Below are positions 10,134 to 18,417 of a stretch of 64,000 bases of DNA, one piece after another. Each line of letters begins with the position of its first letter. The stretch's first letter is position 1. The translations under genes and the position numbers were made by a program. Origin of the DNA: Vulcanimicrobiota bacterium (lineage in GTDB: Bacteria > Vulcanimicrobiota > JAJTBE01); contig JAIORV010000162.1 in NCBI GenBank assembly GCA_021107945.1, positions 7,999 through 71,998 on the forward strand, given 5' to 3'. The notes beneath the pieces are model-generated. The model saw only the letters and a list, made by a program, of their open reading frames with translations. It made no database searches and was not told the origin of the DNA.

Positions 10134-11291
10134 ATGATCCATAAATCAACTAAACCTGAAACTAATCAAAACGATATAGCCAGGGTATCCGCCGGAACGG
10201 AGCGTGTCCTGGGATTGAGCAATATAAGAATGGAAGATCCTCCAACTTGCGCATATTTTATGATTGGTGAGAACTGCAAGGGCACATGTTTTTTCTGCGC
10301 CAGAAGAAGTGAAAGAGAAAATGAAAACATTGAAACATCACCCAATAATTCAACTTCAAAAAAGCGGGGATTCCTGTCCAGAGTGACCTGGAAACCATAC
10401 AATATTCATACGGTTCTGGAGAAAAACGCAGAGCAATTTGAAAATGGATCGATCAGGAGAACTTGCTTCCAGGTTGTCCGGGACACCGAAGCTTACAGAC
10501 AGACCCTTGAGGCGGTTAAGATGCTCAAGAAAAAATGTGATATTCCCGTATGTGTATCAATAAACGGAATATCCCCGGAGCAGTATGGCGAATTGTATGA
10601 GGCCGGGGTTGAGAGGATAGCGTTTTCGTTTGACGCCGCAACACCGGAATTATATGAGAAAATAAAAGGGAAGTCGTGGGATGAGGAATGGGAAATCTAC
10701 CTTGAAATAAACAGGCGCTTCCCCGGCAGGACGGTAATTCACCTGATAGTGGGACTAGGCGAGACCGAGAAGCAGATGGTAGGGGCGATTGAAACATTCT
10801 ATAGGCACAACTCGGAAGTCTCCCTGTTTGCATTCACGCCGATTCCCGGAACGCCGCTGTCAGGAAGAAAACAGCCTTCTCTTTCGACATACAGAAAGAT
10901 ACAAACCGCTCTTTATATGATAAGAACCGGCATGTGGCAATGTAGGAGGGACGTCCCCGTCCCGATAAACGGAGAATGGAAAACGGATGCCGGATGCCAG
11001 AGCTCACTTCCCGTTTCCCACTTCCCATTTCCCGCCTCCAGCATGTGGGACGTCCCCGTCCCGATGAAATGTAAAAATGAACTATATAAATTCGAAAACG
11101 ATAAAATTATATTTAATCGTGATAAAAGAGACTTCTTCATACAAAATATTCCACAGACCGCATTCCGCACATACGGATGCCCCGACTGTAACAGGCCTCT
11201 ATATAACGAAAGACCGGGGCAGGTTCCATATAATTTCCCCCGGGAGCTTACGGAGGAGGAGCGTATTTCTGCGATTGAGTTGATTTTTTGA
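10134..11291 (+). CDS. Radical SAM protein. The C-terminal third contains two in-frame copies of a dispersed palindromic repeat.
   Basis: CxxxCxxC cluster ENCKGTCFFCARR and a TIM-barrel-like core with GLGET. The translation reads through repeat copies at 10941-10970 and 11044-11069 (CRRDVPVPIN / MWDVPVPMKC). Confidence 0.65.
   Translation: MIHKSTKPETNQNDIARVSAGTERVLGLSNIRMEDPPTCAYFMIGENCKGTCFFCARRSERENENIETSPNNSTSKKRGFLSRVTWKPYNIHTVLEKNAEQFENGSIRRTCFQVVRDTEAYRQTLEAVKMLKKKCDIPVCVSINGISPEQYGELYEAGVERIAFSFDAATPELYEKIKGKSWDEEWEIYLEINRRFPGRTVIHLIVGLGETEKQMVGAIETFYRHNSEVSLFAFTPIPGTPLSGRKQPSLSTYRKIQTALYMIRTGMWQCRRDVPVPINGEWKTDAGCQSSLPVSHFPFPASSMWDVPVPMKCKNELYKFENDKIIFNRDKRDFFIQNIPQTAFRTYGCPDCNRPLYNERPGQVPYNFPRELTEEERISAIELIF
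10941..10970. repeat. REP-like palindromic element TGTAGGAGGGACGTCCCCGTCCCGATAAA, copy 1 (inside a CDS)
   Basis: The same 29-mer occurs at 33942-33970. The GGGACGTCCC core is a perfect palindrome. Confidence 0.8.
11044..11069. repeat. REP-like palindromic element, copy 2 (TGTGGGACGTCCCCGTCCCGATGAAA), inside a CDS
   Basis: Near-identical to copy 1, lying 99 bp (33 codons) downstream in the same frame. Confidence 0.75.
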
Positions 11292-11558
11292 TTATTCAAT
11301 GCAGAGGACGCAGAGAACGCGAAGGTTTTATATGATTTTCATATTATTTACCACAGAGTTCACAGAGGGCATATAGGTTAGAAGGAATCTATTTTATGAA
11401 TGCCACAAAATCCTCATCTTTGGCATCATAAAAGACCTTGATTTTATATTCAAATAGATTTCTAAATGTTGTACCTCCTGAGTATTGCAAGGAATTCTCC
11501 AATACTATAAGCTTTTTCTATAAAACATTGGTTCCTTTTTCATCAGATGATATCTACT

Positions 11559-11671
11559 CCGGGGCTGACTAAAAAGTTGTAATAGTCATCCTGAACTCGT
11601 TTCAGGATCTAATATTCAAACCGTTTGTCAGATCCCGAAACAAGTTCGGGATGACTTATCGAACAGCCCCG
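11559..11671. other. Nested double-palindrome structure in a convergent intergenic region (candidate bidirectional terminator, structured RNA or operator pair)
   Basis: Outer stem CCGGGGCTG / CAGCCCCG. Two inner 8-5-8 palindromes, ATCCTGAA-ctcgt-TTCAGGAT and ATCCCGAA-acaag-TTCGGGAT, are flanked by GTCAT / ATGAC. Confidence 0.4.
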
Positions 11672-11777
11672 AATTAAAGGGGGGGCGAATCCGGACAAAA
11701 CTTAACGAAAATAACCAATAAAACTTTGCCTTTCCTTCCCGTTTGGGTTGAATTACAGTCGATTCCCGGACAAAAAA

Positions 11778-14576
11778 TCACCTTGCCCCGTGCTTGCGGA
11801 GAAGGTTAACGATGTTGGTATTGCCATATTTTGCTGAATATTTCAGAGGCGTCATACCGTATTTGTCCTTCGCATTTACATCTGCGCCTTTGGATATAAG
11901 TAATTTGGCAGTTTCGGTTTTACCTTCAATTGCCGCCCAGTGCATAGGTGTCCATCCACGATTACTCTTTGCATTTATATCTGCGCCATTGGATATGAGG
12001 AGTTTGGCAGTGTCGGTTTTACCTTCAATTGCCGCCGTGTGCAGGGGTGTCAGTTCATAATTGTCCTTCGCATTTATATCTGCGCCCATGAATATAAGTA
12101 ATTTGGCAGTTTCGGTTTTACCTTCAATTGCCGCATGGTGCAAGGGTGTTCTACCATGTGAATCCTTCACTTTTATATTTGCTCTTTTTAGAAACAAAAA
12201 AGAAGCGAATATGACTGTTATCAATATAATAAAAGATAATGCCAGCAGACCCCAAGGGGACCTCTTACTACTCACCTTTTTGTCTAAATTTGTTCCCCCA
12301 AGAAGATTGACGATGTCGGCATAGCCCCCGGATTTTGCAAATTGTAGGGGCGTCTTTCCTGAATTATCCTTCGAGTCTATATCCGCTCCTTTAGATATTA
12401 AAAATCTGGCAGTGTCGGTTTTACCTTCAATTGCCGCCGTGTGCAGGGGTGTCAGTTCATAATTGTCCTTCGCATTTATATCTGCGCCCATGAATATAAG
12501 TAATTTGGCAGTTTCGGTTTTACCTTCAATTGCCGCATGGTGCAAGGGTGTTCTACCATGTGAATCCTTCACTTTTATATTTGCTCTTTTTAGAAACAAA
12601 AAAGAAGCGAATATGACTGTTATCAATATAATAAAAGATAATGCCAGCAGACCCCAAGGGGACCTCTTACTACTCACCTTTTTGTCTAAATTTGTTCCCC
12701 CAAGAAGATTGACGATGTCGGCATAGCCCCCGGATTTTGCAAATTGTAGGGGCGTCTTTCCTGAATTATCCTTCGAGTCTATATCCGCTCCTTTAGATAT
12801 TAAAAATCTGGCAGTGTCTGTTTTACCTTCTATTGCCGCTCGGTGCAGGGGTGTCCCGCCGTCATTGTCCTTCTCATTTATATTTGCGCCTTTTGATATG
12901 AGGAGCTTTGCGGTGTCGGTTTCACCATTCCTTGCCGCTTGGTGCAGGGATGTCCATCCGCTATTGTCCTTCTCATTAACATTCGCGCCCTTGGATATAA
13001 GGAGCTTGGTAATGTCGGTATTACCTTCTATCGCCGCACAGTACAGGGGTGTCTCATCGTTATTGTTCTTTGTATTCATATTTGCGCCTTTGGATATAAG
13101 GAGCTTGGCAGTGTCGGTTTTACCATAAAATGCCGCCTTATGCAGGGGTGTCTGGCCATAATTGTCCTTCGCATTTACATTTGCGCCATTCCCTATCAGG
13201 AATCTGGTGGTGAAGATTTTACCTTCAATTGCCGCATTGTGCAAGGATGTCCAACCCTTATTATCCTTCGCATTTACATCCGCCCCCTTGAATACTAAAA
13301 GACTGACTATCCTGAAGGCATCGGAATAGCACGACCCTGCTGCAATATGAAGAGGTGGCACGCCGTAATCGTCCTTCGCATTTACATCCGCGCCCTGGTT
13401 GATATGTTCCTTGACTTTTGCCATATTACCATACTTCACCGCCTTAAAAAAATCATTATATCTACCAAATGGTTTCTTAGGAAAATGTGAGGGAGATTGG
13501 GGAGCAGGAACATGGGCATGGGCAGGAGCAGGAACAGATGTATGTGTAAGCGTAGGCGTAGGTGTAGGTGTAGGTGCAGGATACCTCACGCCACTTGTCG
13601 GGTAGCCTGAGGCAACAGCCCCAGGTGGTTTTGAAATATGAGTGGGTGCAGGTGTAGATACAGTTCCAGGATACCGCCCACCACCTCCATCAAGTATCTC
13701 AATGATCATATCAATCGAACCGGGACGGTTGACGCTGGATATATCCACCATGGACATGATGAGATCGTCAAGAAATTCGGGAACATTATTATTTAAATTT
13801 CTCACCGATTCGAATGTAAAAAGAGGACGGGACGGGTCTTCGGGATTGAGACCGGTAAGGAGATAGTGAATCAGAACCCCCAGGGAAAAAATATCGTTCA
13901 GCGGGGAATCATTGCCACGGTACTGGTCAGGAGAAGCATAGCCCTGCGTTCCCAACATCGTGCCTTTTTGCAGGGGCTTCAATATCTTGGCAATTCCAAA
14001 ATCAATAAGATAGAGCTTACTGTCTTTTATCATTGTATTTGAAGGCTTCAGATCACGGTAAATAACAGGGGGATTCTGAGAATGCAGGTAAGAGAATATG
14101 TCGAGGATTTGCCGGAAATATCCCATAACCTCGTCAAGGGGAAGCGGTGGAATGTTCTGCCTCAGATAGCATTCCAGATCCATGCCTTCGATGAATGTCA
14201 TCACAAGGTAATGTGATGTTTTTCCGCCGGAATCTTTTTTGGTGAAATAATCCGTTACCTTGGGAAGTCCTCCGTGATGGAGCTTCGCCAGCAGTTTTGC
14301 TTCTCTCAGGAACATCTCCTGAAATTTCTTCCCATCTGCATCCAGGTTATAGGTCGCCTGCATTTTTTTAACGGCTACGGTCTCTCCCAGGCGTGTGTCA
14401 ACGGCTCGATAGATACAACCCATGTTCCCTGACTTTAACATGCTTTCCACCTGATATCTGTCGTCCAGAAGCTCAACTTTCCGGGTGGCTGACGGCGACA
14501 TATTCGCCCCGCATTCGTTGCAATACTTCGCTGATGATTTTTGTTTTTTTCCGCAGACAGGGCAGAAACGATCCAT
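11778..14576 (-). CDS. Zinc-ribbon / Ser-Thr protein kinase / ankyrin-repeat protein, paralog A (two TM helices from an internal duplication)
   Basis: N-terminal CPVCGKK...YCNECG zinc ribbon. Kinase motifs VAVKKM, YRDLKPSN, DFGIAK and GYASPDQ. PTPTPT linker, then about 17 ANK repeats (TPLHxAAxxGxxDxxKLLIxxGADVNAKD). A TM helix WGLLALSFIILITVIFASFLFL occurs twice. An ATG at 14576 matches the paralog starts (MDRFC); the track start at 14591 is a TTG. Confidence 0.85.
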   Translation of the reverse strand: MDRFCPVCGKKQKSSAKYCNECGANMSPSATRKVELLDDRYQVESMLKSGNMGCIYRAVDTRLGETVAVKKMQATYNLDADGKKFQEMFLREAKLLAKLHHGGLPKVTDYFTKKDSGGKTSHYLVMTFIEGMDLECYLRQNIPPLPLDEVMGYFRQILDIFSYLHSQNPPVIYRDLKPSNTMIKDSKLYLIDFGIAKILKPLQKGTMLGTQGYASPDQYRGNDSPLNDIFSLGVLIHYLLTGLNPEDPSRPLFTFESVRNLNNNVPEFLDDLIMSMVDISSVNRPGSIDMIIEILDGGGGRYPGTVSTPAPTHISKPPGAVASGYPTSGVRYPAPTPTPTPTLTHTSVPAPAHAHVPAPQSPSHFPKKPFGRYNDFFKAVKYGNMAKVKEHINQGADVNAKDDYGVPPLHIAAGSCYSDAFRIVSLLVFKGADVNAKDNKGWTSLHNAAIEGKIFTTRFLIGNGANVNAKDNYGQTPLHKAAFYGKTDTAKLLISKGANMNTKNNNDETPLYCAAIEGNTDITKLLISKGANVNEKDNSGWTSLHQAARNGETDTAKLLISKGANINEKDNDGGTPLHRAAIEGKTDTARFLISKGADIDSKDNSGKTPLQFAKSGGYADIVNLLGGTNLDKKVSSKRSPWGLLALSFIILITVIFASFLFLKRANIKVKDSHGRTPLHHAAIEGKTETAKLLIFMGADINAKDNYELTPLHTAAIEGKTDTARFLISKGADIDSKDNSGKTPLQFAKSGGYADIVNLLGGTNLDKKVSSKRSPWGLLALSFIILITVIFASFLFLKRANIKVKDSHGRTPLHHAAIEGKTETAKLLIFMGADINAKDNYELTPLHTAAIEGKTDTAKLLISNGADINAKSNRGWTPMHWAAIEGKTETAKLLISKGADVNAKDKYGMTPLKYSAKYGNTNIVNLLRKHGAR
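12035..12838. repeat. Perfect 402-bp direct tandem duplication inside kinase paralog A
   Basis: Plus-strand track ORFs 12061-12324 and 12463-12726 have identical translations. The minus-strand protein repeats a 134-aa block (ANK, TM helix, 2 ANK) twice without any change. Confidence 0.85.
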
Positions 14577-14652
14577 TAAGTGTTCCCCCAAAAGAAAATT
14601 ATGGTACTATTCGGACATCTCTTGTAGTAAAAAACTATTCAATCCCGATTTC
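14577..14652 (-). promoter_or_regulatory. Conserved about 80-bp leader/promoter block shared by the three kinase paralogs (copy A)
   Basis: CCAAAAGAAAATTATGGTACTATTCGGACATCTCTTGTAGTAAAAAACTATTCAATCCCGATTTCAT aligns with 18168-18250 and 20716-20800. On the coding strand it contains TTGAATAG and CATAAT boxes and a GGGGGA RBS. Confidence 0.45.
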
Positions 14653-14712
14653 ATGCCGTTTCCCGGCGGGTCGGGAGACCCGCCGCTACCCAAATAGGGG
14701 ACGGGTCTGAAT
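14653..14712. ncRNA. About 60-nt conserved hairpin element (candidate small RNA or MITE), copy 1
   Basis: ATGCCGTTTCC-CGGCGGGTC-GGGA-GACCCGCCG-CTACCCAAATAGGGG. The reverse complement of 26281-26340 carries the same element with two compensatory base-pair changes in the 9-bp stem. Confidence 0.4.
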
Positions 14713-15194
14713 GATTATCCTTTTTATGCCCATTTTTATGACATTAATTATACTTCTGTCACTATAACATTACAGTCTTGATTATATCGTTCTATTCCAA
14801 CGGAATATGCCCTTCCTTATTAAAAAGATCCCTTGCAATCTGTAATTCTGAGTGGACTACGAAAGAATTGCTCTAATCCGATGACTTGCTCAAAGACGTG
14901 ATTATATTGATGCTTGTGATTTACAAAGCGAAGAATCCCTCGAATGTTGGCTTGAGATATCACGCAACATGTGTGATGACAGCGTGGACGACTCTCTTGC
15001 GGGAGATCATTCGCTGTGAAAGACATCGGAGGTAAGTAATACCATTTTGGATTCAAATTTGCCGCATGGGCAGAAAGCCGGTAGCTTCGGCGTCCCCGCC
15101 GGAGAAAGTATTGCGCCGAGGGCGGTTGTCCTCGGTTACACGGACTGAATGTATGCAAAATCTTTCAACGATCAGATTTTCAGGATCTGTTTTA

Positions 15195-18167
15195 TTATTC
15201 TCTCGCCCCTTGTTTGCGGAGAAGATTGACTGTGTCGGTATGTCCATTTAGTAAAGCTTCGCGCAGGGGTGTCCTGTCGTTATTGTTTTTCATGTTTACT
15301 TTTGCTCCTTTGGATATAAGGAGCAAAACGATCTCTGTATGATCATCCTGTGCCGCAAAGTGCAGGGGTGTATCTCCGTTTTTGTCCTTTGCTCTTACAT
15401 CTCCTCTCTTGGATATAAGGAGTTTGGCGGTGTCTGTATGGCCAAAAAATGCCGTGTTATGCAGGGGTGTATCTCCGTTATTGTCCTTTGCGCTTACATC
15501 TCCCCCATTGGATATAATGAGCCTGGCAGTGTCGGTATGACCAAAAAATGCCGTTTTGTGCAGGGGCGTATTTCCGTTGTTGTCCTTTGCGCTGACATCT
15601 CCTCCGCTGGATATAATGAGCTTGGCAGTGTCGGTATGTCCATCCGATGCCGCACTGTGCAGGGGTGTCTTTCCATCATTGTCCTTCGCATTCACATTTG
15701 TGCCTTTGGAGATGAGAAGCTCAACGAAGCCGGTGTGCCCTTTTGATGAAGCGTAATGAAGGGTTGTTCTTCCGTCATTATCCTTTGCATTCACATCTGC
15801 ACCTTTGGATATAAGGAGTTTAGCAGTGTCGGTTTTACCTCCAATTGCTGCTTGGTGTAAGGGTGTTCTACCAAGTGAATCCCTGGCATTTATATTTGTT
15901 TTTTTCAATTTAAGATATGGCAAAAGGGCAAAAGCAGTGAATATTAATGCTATAACGGCAAAACAAATTATCACACCCCGGAAAACCCCCTTTTTTCTTA
16001 TTGTCCCACCTTCAGCTGCCCCCTCGGATATGAGGAGTTTGGCGGTGTTGCTATATCCATTATTCATTGCGTAGTATATGGGTGTCTTGCCTAAATTATC
16101 CTTTACATTTACATCTGCACCTTTGGATAAAAGGAGTTTGACAGTGTCGCTTTTATCTTCACTTGCTGCAAAGTGCAGAGGAGTCCGTCCATCGTTGTCT
16201 TTAGCGCCTATATCCGCTTCCTTGGATAAAAGGAGTTTGGCAGTATCGGTATGGCCAAGAAATACCGTTTTATGCAGGGGCGTATCTCCGTTATTGTCCC
16301 TTGCATTTGTATCTGATCCCTTGGCTATAAGGAGCCTGGCGGTATAGACGTGACCATAAAGTGCCGCATAATGCAGAGGTGTTCGTTCATTATTATCTTG
16401 CACATTTACTCTTGCTCCTTTGGACATAAGGAGCCTGGAGGCGTGTGTGTGACCATAAAGTGCAGCAAAGTGCAGAGGTGTCCGTTCACTATTGTCTTTC
16501 ACATCTATTATTGCTTCTTTGGATATAAGGAGCTGGGCAGTGTCGGTCCTGCCTTCAATTGCCGCTCTGTGCAGGGGTGTCTTTCCATCATGGTCCTCCA
16601 TATTCACATCTGCGCCTTTGGATATAAGGAATCTGGAAATGTCGATGCGGTCTTCTATTGCCACTTTGTGCAGGGGAGTACGTCCCAAATTATCTTTAGT
16701 ATTTACATTTGCGCCACTTTGCACAAGGAGTTCAACGATGTCTATATCGCCGTTGAATGCGGCATAGTGCAGGGGTGCTAAATGGTCATTATTCTTCGTA
16801 TTCACTTTTGCCCCCATGGATATAAGGAGTTTGGCAATGCTGAGATGGCTTTCTATTGCCGCTTTGTGTAAGGGTGTACGTCCAAAATTGTCCTTAACAT
16901 TTACATTTGCACCATTGGAAATAAGGAGTTTGGCGGTGTCGGTATGGCCTTCATACATCGCCCAGTGCAAGGGTGTACATCCGTCATTATCCCGCGCATT
17001 TACATTGGCCCCCTGTTTTATATATTCTTTGACCTGGGCAGTCTTGTGAACCATCGCCGCTGAAAAAAAATCATCATACTTATCAAATTTCTTCCTGGGA
17101 TAACCGGGAGGAGGCGAGGGATCCGGAACAGGTGGTGTGGGTTCAGGTTCAGGTGCAGGTGCAGGCTCAGGAGTGGACGTTGGTGTAGCTTCAGGTGTTG
17201 GCGCAGGCTCTTGGGCGGGAGTTGGTGTAGGTTCAGATATTGGCACGGAATCATTTGTTGGGTCCTGCTGTTTGCTTCCATTCAGTATCTCAATGATTTT
17301 ATCAACCGACTCGGGACGGTTGGCGCAGGTTAAATCCACCATGGACATAATAAGATTATCGAGAAATTCGGGAACATTTTCATTGAAGTCTCTCACCTGT
17401 TCGAATGTAAAAAGAGGGCGGGATGGGTCTTCCGGATCAAGCCCGGTAAGGAGAAAATGTATCAAACCTCCCAGGGAGAAAATGTCGTTTTGGGTGCTAT
17501 CATTGCCCCGCAACTGATCGGGAGAAGCATAACCCGGAGTACCTAACATCGTACCTTTTTCTTGGGGTTTAAATATTTTGGCAATTCCAAAATCGACAAA
17601 ATAGAGCTTGCCGTCATTGATTATGATATTTGAAGGCTTTAGATCACGGTAAATAACAGGAGGGTTTTGAGAATGCAGGTAAGATAATATTTCGAGAACT
17701 TGTCGGAAATACCCCATAACTTCATCAATAGGAAGCGGTGGAAGATTTTGTTCCAGATAGCACCCCAGATTCATTCCTTCGATGAATGTCATAACAAGGT
17801 AATGTGATGTTTTTCCGTCGGGATCCTTTTGGGAGAAAAAATTCGTTACTTTGGGAAGGCCTTCATGATGGAGTTTTATCAAAAGTTTTGCTTCCCTCAG
17901 GAACATCTCTTGAAATTTCATCCCGCCTGTGCCCCGACTAAAAGTCACCTGCATTTTCTTGACGGCTACAGTCTCTCCCAGGCGTGTATCAACAGCTCGA
18001 TAGACACAACCCATATTGCCCGACTTTACAATGCATTCAACCTTATATCGGTTGTCCAGAAGCTCAACTTCCCCGGCAGCTTCCGGTGATATATTCGCTC
18101 CGCATTCGTTGCAATATTTCGCCGATGCTTCTTGCTTTTTTCCGCAGACAGTGCAGAAACGATGCAT
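15195..18167 (-). CDS. Zinc-ribbon / Ser-Thr protein kinase / ankyrin-repeat protein, paralog B (one TM helix inside the ankyrin array)
   Basis: MHRFCTVCGKK...YCNECG. Same kinase motifs as paralog A. PEPTPAP linker. About 10 ANK repeats, the TM helix GVIICFAVIALIFTAFALLPYL, then about 7 more ANK repeats. Confidence 0.85.
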   Translation of the reverse strand: MHRFCTVCGKKQEASAKYCNECGANISPEAAGEVELLDNRYKVECIVKSGNMGCVYRAVDTRLGETVAVKKMQVTFSRGTGGMKFQEMFLREAKLLIKLHHEGLPKVTNFFSQKDPDGKTSHYLVMTFIEGMNLGCYLEQNLPPLPIDEVMGYFRQVLEILSYLHSQNPPVIYRDLKPSNIIINDGKLYFVDFGIAKIFKPQEKGTMLGTPGYASPDQLRGNDSTQNDIFSLGGLIHFLLTGLDPEDPSRPLFTFEQVRDFNENVPEFLDNLIMSMVDLTCANRPESVDKIIEILNGSKQQDPTNDSVPISEPTPTPAQEPAPTPEATPTSTPEPAPAPEPEPTPPVPDPSPPPGYPRKKFDKYDDFFSAAMVHKTAQVKEYIKQGANVNARDNDGCTPLHWAMYEGHTDTAKLLISNGANVNVKDNFGRTPLHKAAIESHLSIAKLLISMGAKVNTKNNDHLAPLHYAAFNGDIDIVELLVQSGANVNTKDNLGRTPLHKVAIEDRIDISRFLISKGADVNMEDHDGKTPLHRAAIEGRTDTAQLLISKEAIIDVKDNSERTPLHFAALYGHTHASRLLMSKGARVNVQDNNERTPLHYAALYGHVYTARLLIAKGSDTNARDNNGDTPLHKTVFLGHTDTAKLLLSKEADIGAKDNDGRTPLHFAASEDKSDTVKLLLSKGADVNVKDNLGKTPIYYAMNNGYSNTAKLLISEGAAEGGTIRKKGVFRGVIICFAVIALIFTAFALLPYLKLKKTNINARDSLGRTPLHQAAIGGKTDTAKLLISKGADVNAKDNDGRTTLHYASSKGHTGFVELLISKGTNVNAKDNDGKTPLHSAASDGHTDTAKLIISSGGDVSAKDNNGNTPLHKTAFFGHTDTARLIISNGGDVSAKDNNGDTPLHNTAFFGHTDTAKLLISKRGDVRAKDKNGDTPLHFAAQDDHTEIVLLLISKGAKVNMKNNNDRTPLREALLNGHTDTVNLLRKQGARE

Positions 18168-18250
18168 TAAGACTCCTCCAAAAAATTTGATACTATTCGG
18201 ATATCTCTTTTGATAAAAAACTATTCAATCTCGATTTCATGCCGTTTACG
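18168..18250 (-). promoter_or_regulatory. Conserved leader/promoter block, copy B
   Basis: Aligns with 14577-14652 and 20716-20800. A GGAGGA RBS lies 8 nt upstream of the ATG. Confidence 0.45.
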
Positions 18251-18417
18251 GGTCAATCAGAAGACCGGCATTCATGTTCGGTTAAGGTGTTTTCTGATAG
18301 TATTTACCTGGTAGAGGTTGGCTCCTGAGCAACTTGACAGGGTCATGAAACTGTCAAAACGCCTTAAACACGACGGGCCTCCCGATCCGTCATTGCCCAA
18401 TAAAAGTTCTATTTTAT

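Noticed and set aside
10913-11299. Minus-strand 128-aa ORF antisense to the radical-SAM 3' end
   Set aside because: It lies entirely within a repeat-containing region and is antisense to a gene carrying the CxxxCxxC motif. Likely spurious.
12814-13298. Long plus-strand ORFs (12814-13128, 12939-13298, and similar ones at 15339-15746, 16078-16781, 18484-18930, 19024-19677) antisense to the kinase genes
   Set aside because: They are produced by the periodic ankyrin-repeat codons on the opposite strand. Their translations are low-complexity (C/R/L-rich), and the minus-strand frame carries clear kinase and ANK motifs.
11800-13300. Highly regular about 99-bp periodic DNA that could be mistaken for a CRISPR array
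   Set aside because: The period equals 33 codons of ankyrin repeats. The units are only about 70-90% identical, there are no unique spacers, and the whole region is one continuous ORF.
14850-15190. Possible group II intron domain V / tmRNA / RNase P RNA in the GC-rich part of the A-B spacer
   Set aside because: None of the signature motifs of these RNAs is present (GAGC…domain V AGC triad, tmRNA tag ORF plus TΨC arm, RNase P GGAAAGUCCGG…AGGGUGAAA). It is kept only as an unexplained structured region.
14820-15251. ORFs 14820-15158 (-), 15053-15247 (-) and 15066-15251 (+) in the A-B spacer
   Set aside because: No RBS, no recognisable motifs, and translation is rich in R/C/P. The region is better treated as non-coding.
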